Both the position numbers and the translations under genes were made by a program. The notes beneath the pieces are model-generated. The model made no database searches and was not told the DNA's origin. It saw only the letters and a list, made by a program, of their open reading frames with translations. DNA of 48,258 bases from an uncultured Lactobacillales bacterium (GTDB taxonomy: Bacteria > Pseudomonadota > Alphaproteobacteria > CAAHEQ01 > UBA3637): assembly GCA_964643615.1 (NCBI GenBank), contig CAZXTR010000004.1:1-48258 (forward strand). Reading direction: 5' to 3'. This document shows, piece after piece, positions 20,433-29,025 of this stretch. The stretch's first letter is position 1; each line of letters begins with the position of its first letter.

Positions 20433-21250
20433 AAGAAAAAATAGTATGTACAAATGTAGAAATTAAAGATTTTCCTATTCGTCCGATGTTCCCAAATATG
20501 GTTACGATGATGGGTTTGGCATGTGGGCTTTCATCTATGCAATTCGCTTTTTGGAGCAATTGGTCTTTTGCGATTTTATGCCTTGTTTTAGCAGCTGTTT
20601 GTGATGGATTAGATGGTCGAGTCGCTCGCTTATTAAACACTTCTTCTAAATTTGGGGAAGAATTGGATTCTTTAGCGGATTTGGTTAGCTTTGGTGTTGC
20701 TCCAGGATTTTTGCTTTATCAATGGACAATGGATATGCAAATCCGGGCATCTGCGGTTATGGAAGGTTTGAAAGACCCTTCTGCTGTGGGGGTGCCTTGG
20801 ATGATTATCTTATTTTTTGCGTTATGTTGTGCTTTACGTTTGGCGCGGTTCAATACGATGTTAGAAGAAAAAACTCCGCCGTCATATTGGACGCATTTTT
20901 TTGTGGGATTGCCTGCTCCTGGAGGGGCTTATGTTGCTCTGCTTCCTTTGATTACCTATTTATGGACAAGAAATGAATTGTTTAAGGATCCTATATTAGT
21001 TTCTGCTTTCATGATAATGAGTGCTGTTTTAATGGCAAGTCGTATTCCAACCCCTTGTTTTAAAAAGATACATTTGGCGTATGGGCAAGTAACGGTTTTA
21101 CTTATGTTAGCCTTTTTGGCAGTTGTTGTAACTTTAGCTTTTAGAAATTTTTGGGCGGTATTAAGTTCTTTTGGATTTGTTTACGTGCTTATGTTGCCCG
21201 CAGGAATATTCTTTTTCTTGAAAAAAAAGAACGAGTATAAACAAAAATGA
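20429..21250 (+). CDS. pssA: CDP-diacylglycerol-serine O-phosphatidyltransferase
   Basis: DGLDGRVAR...FGEELDSLADLVSFGVAP CDP-alcohol transferase motif; overlaps psd. Confidence 0.96.
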   Translation: MKEKIVCTNVEIKDFPIRPMFPNMVTMMGLACGLSSMQFAFWSNWSFAILCLVLAAVCDGLDGRVARLLNTSSKFGEELDSLADLVSFGVAPGFLLYQWTMDMQIRASAVMEGLKDPSAVGVPWMIILFFALCCALRLARFNTMLEEKTPPSYWTHFFVGLPAPGGAYVALLPLITYLWTRNELFKDPILVSAFMIMSAVLMASRIPTPCFKKIHLAYGQVTVLLMLAFLAVVVTLAFRNFWAVLSSFGFVYVLMLPAGIFFFLKKKNEYKQK

Positions 21251-21789
21251 AACATATATTTTTTTTGTTTGTTGGTGTTGGAGTAATGCTCTCGGTTGTT
21301 GCCCAAGAGCTCCCCTCCAATCCATGGGAAAATCATTCGGCAGTTCAAGATAAAATCGGAAATTCTACAACGATTGTTGTTCGTGACGGGGATGCAGTTC
21401 GTGTACGGCAAGGGACAATCGATTCACCTGGCGAACTGGATGCATATAAAATGGATAGGAAAAAATATACGGGTGAGAGTACGACATTTGGCGGAGCGCA
21501 AGGGCAAGAAATGATTGCGCCAGAGGTAAATAAAACTAATATTTTAATGATGACAGCACACTTGCGCAAAGTCGGCTATGCTATTCCGCCAGAATATGAT
21601 GATTATATTATGCAAGCGCCTGATTGGTATCAAAGAAAATATATGCAAGCGTTGCAGAATTTGTCCAGTAACAATTCTTCTCCGATATTAAAAATATCTA
21701 AATCTTTTAAGGAAGCTATAGAAAAAAGTACGGGGCTCTCATTGGAAAATTTTGTCGATACATCAATAAAGGTGATGGATGGAAAATAA
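21247..21789 (+). CDS. Hypothetical exported protein
   Basis: 180-aa ORF with signal-peptide-like N-terminus; ATGA overlap with pssA. Confidence 0.8.
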   Translation: MKHIFFLFVGVGVMLSVVAQELPSNPWENHSAVQDKIGNSTTIVVRDGDAVRVRQGTIDSPGELDAYKMDRKKYTGESTTFGGAQGQEMIAPEVNKTNILMMTAHLRKVGYAIPPEYDDYIMQAPDWYQRKYMQALQNLSSNNSSPILKISKSFKEAIEKSTGLSLENFVDTSIKVMDGK

Positions 21790-22423
21790 AGTATTTTACG
21801 CCTTTTTAATTTATGGGATTACACAACTTGCTTGTGCGCAGCAAGTTCCTATGCGTATGCAAATGGCTGGTGGCTTACTAGACGATTTTCAAGACCAACA
21901 AATCATTGAAAATAGTTCTGAAGATATTGCTCAAACTGTTGTGGCGACAGAAGAGGATCAAGCAAAAGAACAAAAATTGTTGGACGATTTTGTAAAGGCA
22001 CATCCGACTTTGAAAGATCCCGTTATTTTACGCAACATGTACAACACAATGCGTAAGATGGATGACAATATTGAGGAAGCTCACCAAAAAGAGTTTAAGA
22101 AAATTGAAGAAAATGATCCCGAAATTTTGGAAAAAGATAAACAAAGAATAAAAGGGCAGACACCTATTCGCTTTGATTTCAGACCAGACGATTTATCTGA
22201 ATTTGGGAAACAAATTGATGAACATCCAGAAAAGGCTTTATCAGCTATTGTTTCCAATATTAAAGGAATGGACGTTACGGAAGAAACAATCGAAAATCAA
22301 ATCAAAATTAATGAAAAATTGAACACGTATATTCAAGATGTACATGGTATGTCAGCGGAAGAATACATTCAATTAAAACAACAAGAAGAAAAGAAAAAGA
22401 TTCCTTCTTTTGGAAAAAATTAA
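21779..22423 (+). CDS. Hypothetical exported acidic protein
   Basis: 214-aa ORF with hydrophobic N-terminus; overlaps the upstream orf and abuts trmJ. Confidence 0.8.
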   Translation: MENKVFYAFLIYGITQLACAQQVPMRMQMAGGLLDDFQDQQIIENSSEDIAQTVVATEEDQAKEQKLLDDFVKAHPTLKDPVILRNMYNTMRKMDDNIEEAHQKEFKKIEENDPEILEKDKQRIKGQTPIRFDFRPDDLSEFGKQIDEHPEKALSAIVSNIKGMDVTEETIENQIKINEKLNTYIQDVHGMSAEEYIQLKQQEEKKKIPSFGKN

Positions 22424-23152
22424 ATGTCATCTTTGTTGTTTTTTATTCTTGTGCGTCCTCAGATGGCGGAAAATATAGGCATGTCGGCCAGAGCGATGAT
22501 GAATTGTGGCATTGATAATTTACGTATTGTCAATCCGAGAGAGAATCCAAAAAGTCAAGAGGCTTTGCGTGCTTCATCTGGAGCAGAGGCAATTTTAAAA
22601 AGCGCACAAATTTTTTCATCGTTAGCAGAGTGTACTTCGGATTTGAATTATGTCTTAGCTTCAACAGCAAGATTTCGAGATATGGAAAAGCCTGTTTTTG
22701 ATGGGGAAAAAGCAATATTACAAATAATGAATCATCTTCAAAACAACGAGAAAGTTGGAGTTTTATTTGGTCCTGAGCGGACTGGTTTGGAAAATGACGA
22801 AGTGGCTATATCTGATGGAATTATTAAAATCCCTTTAAATCCGGTGCATACCTCACTTAATTTATCTCAAGCTGTTTTACTTGTTGGATACGAATGTTTA
22901 AACGGTCTTAAACTTGTTAAACCAAATCCATTGCTGACTAATCAACAACCTGCGACAAAAGATGAATTATTTCGTTTTTTTGCAAAACTAGAGAATATCC
23001 TTGAATCAAAATCATATTTTAAAATTCCGGATAAAAAACCAAGGATGCAAAGAAATTTGGAAAACATTTTTGCTAAAACTTCCTTAACAAGTCAAGAAAT
23101 TAGAACTTTGCATGGTGTGGTAAATACGTTGTCGCGTCCGTCCAAAAAATAA
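22424..23152 (+). CDS. trmJ: tRNA (C32/U32-2'-O)-methyltransferase, SPOUT family
   Basis: LVRPQMAENIGMSARAMMNCG, LFGPERTGLENDE, SLNLSQAV. Confidence 0.9.
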   Translation: MSSLLFFILVRPQMAENIGMSARAMMNCGIDNLRIVNPRENPKSQEALRASSGAEAILKSAQIFSSLAECTSDLNYVLASTARFRDMEKPVFDGEKAILQIMNHLQNNEKVGVLFGPERTGLENDEVAISDGIIKIPLNPVHTSLNLSQAVLLVGYECLNGLKLVKPNPLLTNQQPATKDELFRFFAKLENILESKSYFKIPDKKPRMQRNLENIFAKTSLTSQEIRTLHGVVNTLSRPSKK

Positions 23153-23204
23153 ATCATAAATTTTGATTGCCTTTTTATAAGAAATCGGTTAAAAGAATGC
23201 CTGC

Positions 23205-23280
23205 GCCGCTGTAACTCAGTTGGTAGAGTAACTGATTCGTAATCAGTAAGTCGCGTGTTCGAGTCACGCCAGCGGCACCA
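23205..23280 (+). tRNA. tRNA-Thr(CGT)
   Basis: Full cloverleaf: acceptor GCCGCTG/CAGCGGC, anticodon loop TTCGTAA, T-loop TTCGAGT, encoded CCA. Confidence 0.97.
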
Positions 23281-23293
23281 TCAATTAACATGT

Positions 23294-24082
23294 TTATTTA
23301 TATACGATTTTTATGCCGCAAGGCCCCGCAATCCGCTTATTTTTCCCATCCGTCCACCAGCTGGTAAATTCAAAGGAGTTGCTGGTCTTTTTGCCCGTCC
23401 GCTTGCCATTCATCTCTTTGACATGCGTATCGCGGGTCGTGTTTGAATAATATTTGGTATGTGTGCCATTGGAAATAATAAAGAGCTGCACGAACTCGAA
23501 AAGGCCACTATCCGCCCAAAAGCTATCGCGCTGATAGCGGTTGATTTGGTTGAACGCCTCGCGTATGGCAACGCCACGCCGTTTCAATTCAATATGAATC
23601 AGCGGTAGGCCATTGACCAAAACAGAAACGTCATAACGGTTTGCGCGGGCACCACCGTCAGTTTCATACTGATTGATAACCTGCAGATGGTTGTTGTGGA
23701 TGTTGTCCTTATCCAGGATGCGGATGTTCTTTGTTTTGCAGCCATCGGTTTTGAGGTTGTAGATGTAATCTTCCTGAACCTTTGTTGTCTTATCGACGAT
23801 GGTATCATTCTTATTGGCAAGATAATTATTGAGAATTTGCGCCCACTCTGTGTCGGAAAATTTATAACCGTTCAAACGCTCCAGCTGTCGCCGCAGGTTG
23901 GCCAAGAGATCATCGTTTGTTTTGATGGACAAATATTCGTATCCATTGTTTTGCAGGATTTTGATAAATTCTTTTTCAAGATTAGCCTCGCTTTGATATT
24001 TGGTCGCGCCGGAACCGATCGGCGTATATTCCGCGACGACCGTACTTTCAGGATGCTGGGCTATGATCTTCTTTTCTGTCAT
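23294..24082 (-). pseudogene. hsdR: Type I restriction subunit R, N-terminal nuclease domain only (3'-truncated)
   Basis: RYDVSVLVNGLPLIHIELK, QINRY; ends after about 252 aa in the non-homologous tail GPCGIKIVYK with no DEAD-box motor. Confidence 0.9.
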
Positions 24083-24645
24083 GCGGCCTCTGGGAATGTA
24101 AGGAGCTTATCGCGGTAATATTTGTACTGCTGGCGGCGCGCCGAGATTTCGGCGGGCAAACCAGCAGAAAGGTCGTTCACCAATGCATCGAATTTATCAA
24201 GGATGGAAACTACGCGCGCTTGCTCCTCCAACGGCGGGAGTGGTACTTCAATTTTCGCCAGATTTTTCGCCGATATTTCAATCACCTTTGCGCCGCGCGC
24301 ATATTTCTTTTTTTGATTAAAGAATAATGGTGTTTGGAATAGATAAGCCATATATTTCGGGTTCTGATCGTGTTTAAAAATCGAAGCATGTCCACCCGTC
24401 GCAATCTCTTCGTCTCCAAGCCACGCCACACATTTGCAAACATCTTCCACATTTTCACTGGTCGTCGCGATAATAAGGTCACCTTTTGCAACCTTCCGTA
24501 GCTTCGCCGCCAGCGCCGGAGAGACAAAAGATTTTGTTTTGTCCGCGAACGTTCCATAGAATGTATAAATTTGGCCATAGTGGATGCACCCGACACCACT
24601 CTCGGCAAAATCTTTTTTCTGCAATCCATTCCCTCTTACGAACAC
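24079..24645 (-). CDS. hsdS: Type I specificity subunit, C-terminal half (TRD2 plus conserved helix)
   Basis: CIHYGQIYT, ARRQQYKYYRDKLLTF; this frame stays open upstream to 24723 ([10 protein letters not shown]). Confidence 0.85.
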   Translation of the reverse strand: MFVRGNGLQKKDFAESGVGCIHYGQIYTFYGTFADKTKSFVSPALAAKLRKVAKGDLIIATTSENVEDVCKCVAWLGDEEIATGGHASIFKHDQNPKYMAYLFQTPLFFNQKKKYARGAKVIEISAKNLAKIEVPLPPLEEQARVVSILDKFDALVNDLSAGLPAEISARRQQYKYYRDKLLTFPEAA

Positions 24646-24676
24646 GCCTATTTCTCCTAATGTTCTCCAGACGACT

Positions 24677-25375
24677 TCACTTGTCTGCTGGGCAACGCTG
24701 TAACTCTCTCCCTCCCTCTCTCTCTAGAATTCCGCGGGTTTCAGCGGATTCACCGAAAGAAAGAAGGCTATCACGATAATAATGATACTGTTTCCTCCTT
24801 GCTTCTAGCTCAGCTTCTAGCTCAGTGAAACTGTCAAGCACCTTAACAATTTCCTGTTGGATAGCGAGATGCGGAACGGGAACAGACAATGAATTCAATG
24901 TCGCCATTCTAATCCCCTTCAAAGTACTTCTTACCGACTGACTTTCATATTGTTTTTTGATATGATCGGAGCCAAGAACGTACATTAAAAATCTTGGGAC
25001 AATAAGGTCTTTTTTGGGTTTTATAAGAAAGACACTCTCGCTGCAATTCCAGTTGTCCGTCGGAATATTCACGATAGCAACTTTTCCAAGAGTTCCGATT
25101 CCAGAGAATAACACGTCGTCTATCTCTAACCCTGAACGCCCCTGGATAATCTTTACAGCTTCATCGTTTATCTTGTCGGTTTTATCATTAAATATTATTT
25201 TTCCGGTCGTGATTTCTTTAACAGTTGCATAGTAATTCGTTGCGTCTTTGGTATTTAAAACAAAATTTTGGCGAGGATTTAAGCCTGTTTTTATAGATAC
25301 GGTTATCTCACCTAATTTTTTAAATTCAACACCATTCGGGCAAAACTCGGCTATCATTCTTTCTATTTTGCTCAT
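24677..25375 (-). CDS. hsdS: Type I specificity subunit, N-terminal half (TRD1 plus conserved helix), ended by a frameshift
   Basis: [59 protein letters not shown]; ATGA overlap with hsdM. Confidence 0.9.
   Translation of the reverse strand: MSKIERMIAEFCPNGVEFKKLGEITVSIKTGLNPRQNFVLNTKDATNYYATVKEITTGKIIFNDKTDKINDEAVKIIQGRSGLEIDDVLFSGIGTLGKVAIVNIPTDNWNCSESVFLIKPKKDLIVPRFLMYVLGSDHIKKQYESQSVRSTLKGIRMATLNSLSVPVPHLAIQQEIVKVLDSFTELEAELEARRKQYHYYRDSLLSFGESAETRGILEREGGRELQRCPADK
24704..24725. repeat. Interrupted dinucleotide tract, (CT)11 with two T>C substitutions
   Basis: CTCTCTCCCTCCCTCTCTCTCT; lies between TRD1 and TRD2 where the hsdS frame changes. Confidence 0.85.
24801..24824. repeat. 12-bp tandem repeat x2 encoding ELEA-ELEA in the HsdS spacer helix
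   Basis: GCTTCTAGCTCA GCTTCTAGCTCA. Confidence 0.85.
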
Positions 25376-26943
25376 TGCTTGCCCCCTTCAATGTCCGAGA
25401 TTATCTCATCGATTTCCTTACGAAGCTTATCTTCACGAGCGACGATTTCCGCAATTTGCGCATTTAACTCCTTTATATCCACAATCTCGCGATTATCCGC
25501 TTGAGCGACATATGTCCCAACGCTGATATTATAATCATACTCGGCGATTTCAGCATTATCCACAAGGCGCGAGAAATGCTCCCGTGTATCTCGTTTTATG
25601 TAGTAATCGAGGATTTTATTAATATTCGCCTCAGTCAGTTTGTTCTTGGCCGCACCGCGTTGGAACTCCGCGCTGGCATCAATAAACAGGGTTTTATTAT
25701 CCGCCTTGTTCTTCTTCAATACCAAAATGCACGTCGCTATCGTTGGCCCAAAGAACAAATCCGGCGGCAGCTGTATCACGCAATCAACATAATTGTTATC
25801 GACGAGATATTTGCGGATTTTCTGTTCCGCGCCAGCACGATACATAATGCCGGGGAAGCAAACAATCGCCGCCGTTCCGTTCGTCGCCAACCAGGAAAGC
25901 ATATGCATGACGAACGCCATGTCCGCCTTTGATTTCGGCGCCAGGACTCCGGCTGGCGTAAATCTTTCGTCATTGATCAATATCGGATTGTTGTCTCCAT
26001 CCCATTTTATTGAATAGGGCGGATTGGAAACGATAGCTTCAAACGGTTCGTCGTCCCAATGTTTCGGCTCGGTCAGGGTATTCCCGTGTGCAATATCAAA
26101 CTGCTCGTAATTGATATCATGCAGGAACATATTGATACGGCAGAGATTATATGTCGTGATGTTGATTTCCTGTCCATAAAAACCATTACGGACATTTTCC
26201 TTCCCAAGGATTTTTGCGAATTTCAAAAGAAGCGAACCGGAACCACAGGCGGGATCATAAACTTTATTAACATCGGTCTTACCAGCCACCGCGATACGGG
26301 CCACCAATTCGCTGACTTCCTGCGGGGTGAAAAATTCGCCGCCGCTTTTTCCGGCGTTGGCGGCGTACATGGTCATCAAGAATTCATAAGCATCGCCGAA
26401 TACGTCAATCGTGTTGTCTCCGTAATTTCCGAGCTGCAAATCACCAATGGCGTTCATCAGCTTTACCAGCAACTCATTGCGTTTTTGCACCGTCGCGCCC
26501 AGCTTGTTTGAATTCACATCGATATCGTCAAACAGGCCTGCCATACTGTTTTCGCTGGCTGTTCCCTTGGCGGAATTTTCAATGTTGCCAAACACCTTTT
26601 CGAGGGTTTCATTTAGGTTGGCATCCGTCGCGGCGGATTTCCGGACATTTTCGAACAGCTCGCTGGGATAGACAAAAAAGCCTTTGTCTTCCAAGATGTC
26701 GTCACGGCCATATTCGGCTTGTTCGTCCGAGAGCCGGGCATAATCAAAATCTTTTTCACCGGCTTCGGCCTGTTTCGCATTGATATAGGATGCCAAATTT
26801 TCAGAGATAAAACGGTAGAACAGCATTCCAAGAACGTATTGCTTGAAGTCCCAGCCGTCCACTGATCCGCGCAGATCGTTCGCGATCCGCCAGATCGTGG
26901 AGTGAAGCGCCGCCCGTTCCTGTTCTTTTTTATTATCTGCCAT
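25372..26943 (-). CDS. hsdM: Type I DNA methyltransferase subunit M (m6A)
   Basis: [21 protein letters not shown] (motif I), NPPY (motif IV); start at ATG 26943 after GGAG. Confidence 0.98.
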   Translation of the reverse strand: MADNKKEQERAALHSTIWRIANDLRGSVDGWDFKQYVLGMLFYRFISENLASYINAKQAEAGEKDFDYARLSDEQAEYGRDDILEDKGFFVYPSELFENVRKSAATDANLNETLEKVFGNIENSAKGTASENSMAGLFDDIDVNSNKLGATVQKRNELLVKLMNAIGDLQLGNYGDNTIDVFGDAYEFLMTMYAANAGKSGGEFFTPQEVSELVARIAVAGKTDVNKVYDPACGSGSLLLKFAKILGKENVRNGFYGQEINITTYNLCRINMFLHDINYEQFDIAHGNTLTEPKHWDDEPFEAIVSNPPYSIKWDGDNNPILINDERFTPAGVLAPKSKADMAFVMHMLSWLATNGTAAIVCFPGIMYRAGAEQKIRKYLVDNNYVDCVIQLPPDLFFGPTIATCILVLKKNKADNKTLFIDASAEFQRGAAKNKLTEANINKILDYYIKRDTREHFSRLVDNAEIAEYDYNISVGTYVAQADNREIVDIKELNAQIAEIVAREDKLRKEIDEIISDIEGGKQ

Positions 26944-27103
26944 TTCCTGTTCTCCTTCGGCCACTATACTCAATTTTATTCAAAAATACCAGAAAATTTT
27001 CAGCGTATTGCCTTTAAGAGTGAGATTTTATTCTAAGCGCCAGCCTTGTGCCAAGGGCGGCATCTAGAACGATAGATTTTGATTGATATTTAAAGGAATA
27101 TAG

Positions 27104-27274
27104 ATTCCCTAATTTACCCTCTTATTTTACCGATTTTTCTAGATAATTCCCTGTTCTGGAAAATAAATTCCCTGTTAATTTTCGGGGATATTTGACTATA
27201 AGCCGCAAGAACGCTCACTTTTTGTGAAAAATACCCCCTTAACAAACGCTAAAATTCCCTGTAGATTCCCTGTT
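27104..27274. repeat. Clustered direct repeats ATTCCCTG(TT) at the island end
   Basis: Copies at 27145-27155, 27166-27176, 27253-27262 and 27265-27274; partial ATTCCCT at 27104-27110. Confidence 0.8.
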
Positions 27275-27294
27275 ATTGGTGTTGCTGTATGGGG

Positions 27295-27322
27295 AAGTTG
27301 GCGACGGAATACTGCCGCACCA
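27295..27322 (+). other. Degenerate attachment-site copy of the tRNA-Thr 3' end
   Basis: AAGTTGGCGACGGAATACTGCCGCACCA versus tRNA GCGTGTTCGAGTCACGCCAGCGGCACCA: 16/28 ungapped, with CGA and GCACCA in register. Confidence 0.6.
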
Positions 27323-27544
27323 TTGATAAAAACTATCCAAAAAAGTCTGAAAGCCTTTTTGCAAGCTCTGTTTTGAAAAACGAAGAAAATTTTCCTATTT
27401 TCTCAATGGATTAAAACACTTAAATAAAATTTTTAGGACCATATAGGCATATAATAATTCTAAATTTTCTTTTAATGAGTAATGTTTTAACGACTCAAAA
27501 ATATGAACAACGAAAAAATTCTTGGTTAAGGGAAAATGAAAAAG

Positions 27545-28195
27545 TTACCAATTTCGACAAAGTCGAGAAGTAGCTTTATAAGATTCTGGTGTGTCAATGA
27601 CTTGATTTTCCTCTTTAAGCCGTTTTTCAATGAATTGCAACAAAGGCTCTACTTCTCGTCGAATTTCTGCAACCATATCATTGGTTACTTTTTCAATTTG
27701 ACTAGGTGAAGAAATAAGTCGAGAATCAACTTTTTCTGCCGCTATTTTATAAGCTTCTTGAACTTTCTTTTTGAAAAATTCCAAACCTTCTTGTTGAACA
27801 CGGACATGATAATTTTCGTGTTCTTTAATGATTTTGTATTGGCAAGTCCCCGGGCGATACTTTTTATCAATATAAACATCTAATGTTGAAAAACCAAAGT
27901 TGACATCGACTTTTTCTAGCGCAACACACCCTTTTTCCCCAACGGCCTGAGCAGAAGTTTTAGCTTGTATAGTCGTGTCTAATCGAGAAACCGTCAATCC
28001 CATTGCTTTGCCATAGGATTTTGCAGGGAATTGTGAATTCGACAAGCTGTTATTATAATTCACTGTCCCTTTATTCACTTCTACGAGCACAATTGGTTTT
28101 TTTTGCGATTTCAAGCAATTGGCAATAGCTCCGCAAAAGGAGGCGCTCCCTAAAAAAAAGATGACACTTAAAATAAAAATAATATAATGTTTCAC
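27545..28195 (-). CDS. Exported protein with HExxH zincin motif (DUF922-like)
   Basis: Signal-like MKHYIIFILSVIFFLG from GTG 28195; CQYKIIKEHENYH. Confidence 0.7.
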   Translation of the reverse strand: MKHYIIFILSVIFFLGSASFCGAIANCLKSQKKPIVLVEVNKGTVNYNNSLSNSQFPAKSYGKAMGLTVSRLDTTIQAKTSAQAVGEKGCVALEKVDVNFGFSTLDVYIDKKYRPGTCQYKIIKEHENYHVRVQQEGLEFFKKKVQEAYKIAAEKVDSRLISSPSQIEKVTNDMVAEIRREVEPLLQFIEKRLKEENQVIDTPESYKATSRLCRNW

Positions 28196-28229
28196 AAAGG
28201 CATTATAAGCACATAAAAAAAGGATTGTC

Positions 28230-29015
28230 ATGCAAAAAATTATATCTTGGAATGTTGCGTCAATTAGGGCACGGCTTCAGCTTTTCAAAAAACTCTTGGA
28301 AACAAAGGCTCCAGATGTTCTTTTTTTGCAAGAAATTAAAGTTGAAGAAAATAAATTTCCTTTTGAAGAATTAAAAGATTTTGGCTATCATATTATTGTT
28401 AGCGGACAAAAATCTTTTAATGGTGTGGCGATTTTTTCAAAGTCCAAAATTAATCCTTTGTTTAAGAATTTGGATGGTTTTGAAGATCAAGCTCGTTTTA
28501 TTGAAGTTGAAATGAACAACGGGGTCCACCTTATTTGTGTTTATGTCCCTAATGGTACGGCTCCTATGAATGATCCGACGGATACTTCTCGTTTGGAATA
28601 CAAATTGCGTTGGATGTCTGCGCTGAATCAAAGATTAGATAAATTACTGTCTGACCGTATACCGTTTGTGATGGGTGGGGATTTTAATGTTATTGTCAAA
28701 GATTCGGACGTTTATAATCCTCTCCTATTCAAAGAGAGCGCTTTGATGGTTCCTTCGGTACGTCAAAAATGGAAAGAGATGGAAAAAATAGGAGTCGTAA
28801 ATGCGATTCGGCACCTGAATAAGCAAGAAGGTCTTTACTCTTTTTGGGATTTTCAAGGTGGCGCTTGGTTTAAAAATAACGGCATTTTATTGGATGCTAT
28901 TTGTATATCACCCGACTTATTGCCGACATTAATTGATTCGGGAATTGAAAAAGAATGGCGAGGTCAAGAAAAACCATCAGACCATGCTCCAGTTTGGTGC
29001 CAAATGAATAGATAA
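28230..29015 (+). CDS. xth: Exodeoxyribonuclease III
   Basis: ISWNVASIR, LQEIK, YVPNG, GDFNV, SFWDFQ, PSDHAPV. Confidence 0.97.
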   Translation: MQKIISWNVASIRARLQLFKKLLETKAPDVLFLQEIKVEENKFPFEELKDFGYHIIVSGQKSFNGVAIFSKSKINPLFKNLDGFEDQARFIEVEMNNGVHLICVYVPNGTAPMNDPTDTSRLEYKLRWMSALNQRLDKLLSDRIPFVMGGDFNVIVKDSDVYNPLLFKESALMVPSVRQKWKEMEKIGVVNAIRHLNKQEGLYSFWDFQGGAWFKNNGILLDAICISPDLLPTLIDSGIEKEWRGQEKPSDHAPVWCQMNR

Positions 29016-29025
29016 TATGATGAAA

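Larger units (their letters stand above)
23281..27322. mobile_element. Degenerate tRNA-integrated genomic island carrying type I R-M genes, no integrase
   Basis: Starts at the tRNA 3' end; GC-richer (spot count 32/60 in hsdM at 26821-26880); far end has ATTCCCTG repeats and a degenerate tRNA 3'-end copy. Confidence 0.8.

Noticed and set aside
25556-25564. Perfect DnaA box TTATCCACA
   Set aside because: Isolated, inside the hsdM coding sequence of a foreign island
27104-27274. Repeats considered as a CRISPR array
   Set aside because: Units are only 9-11 bp, spacing is irregular and no cas genes are present; better explained as island-end binding sites
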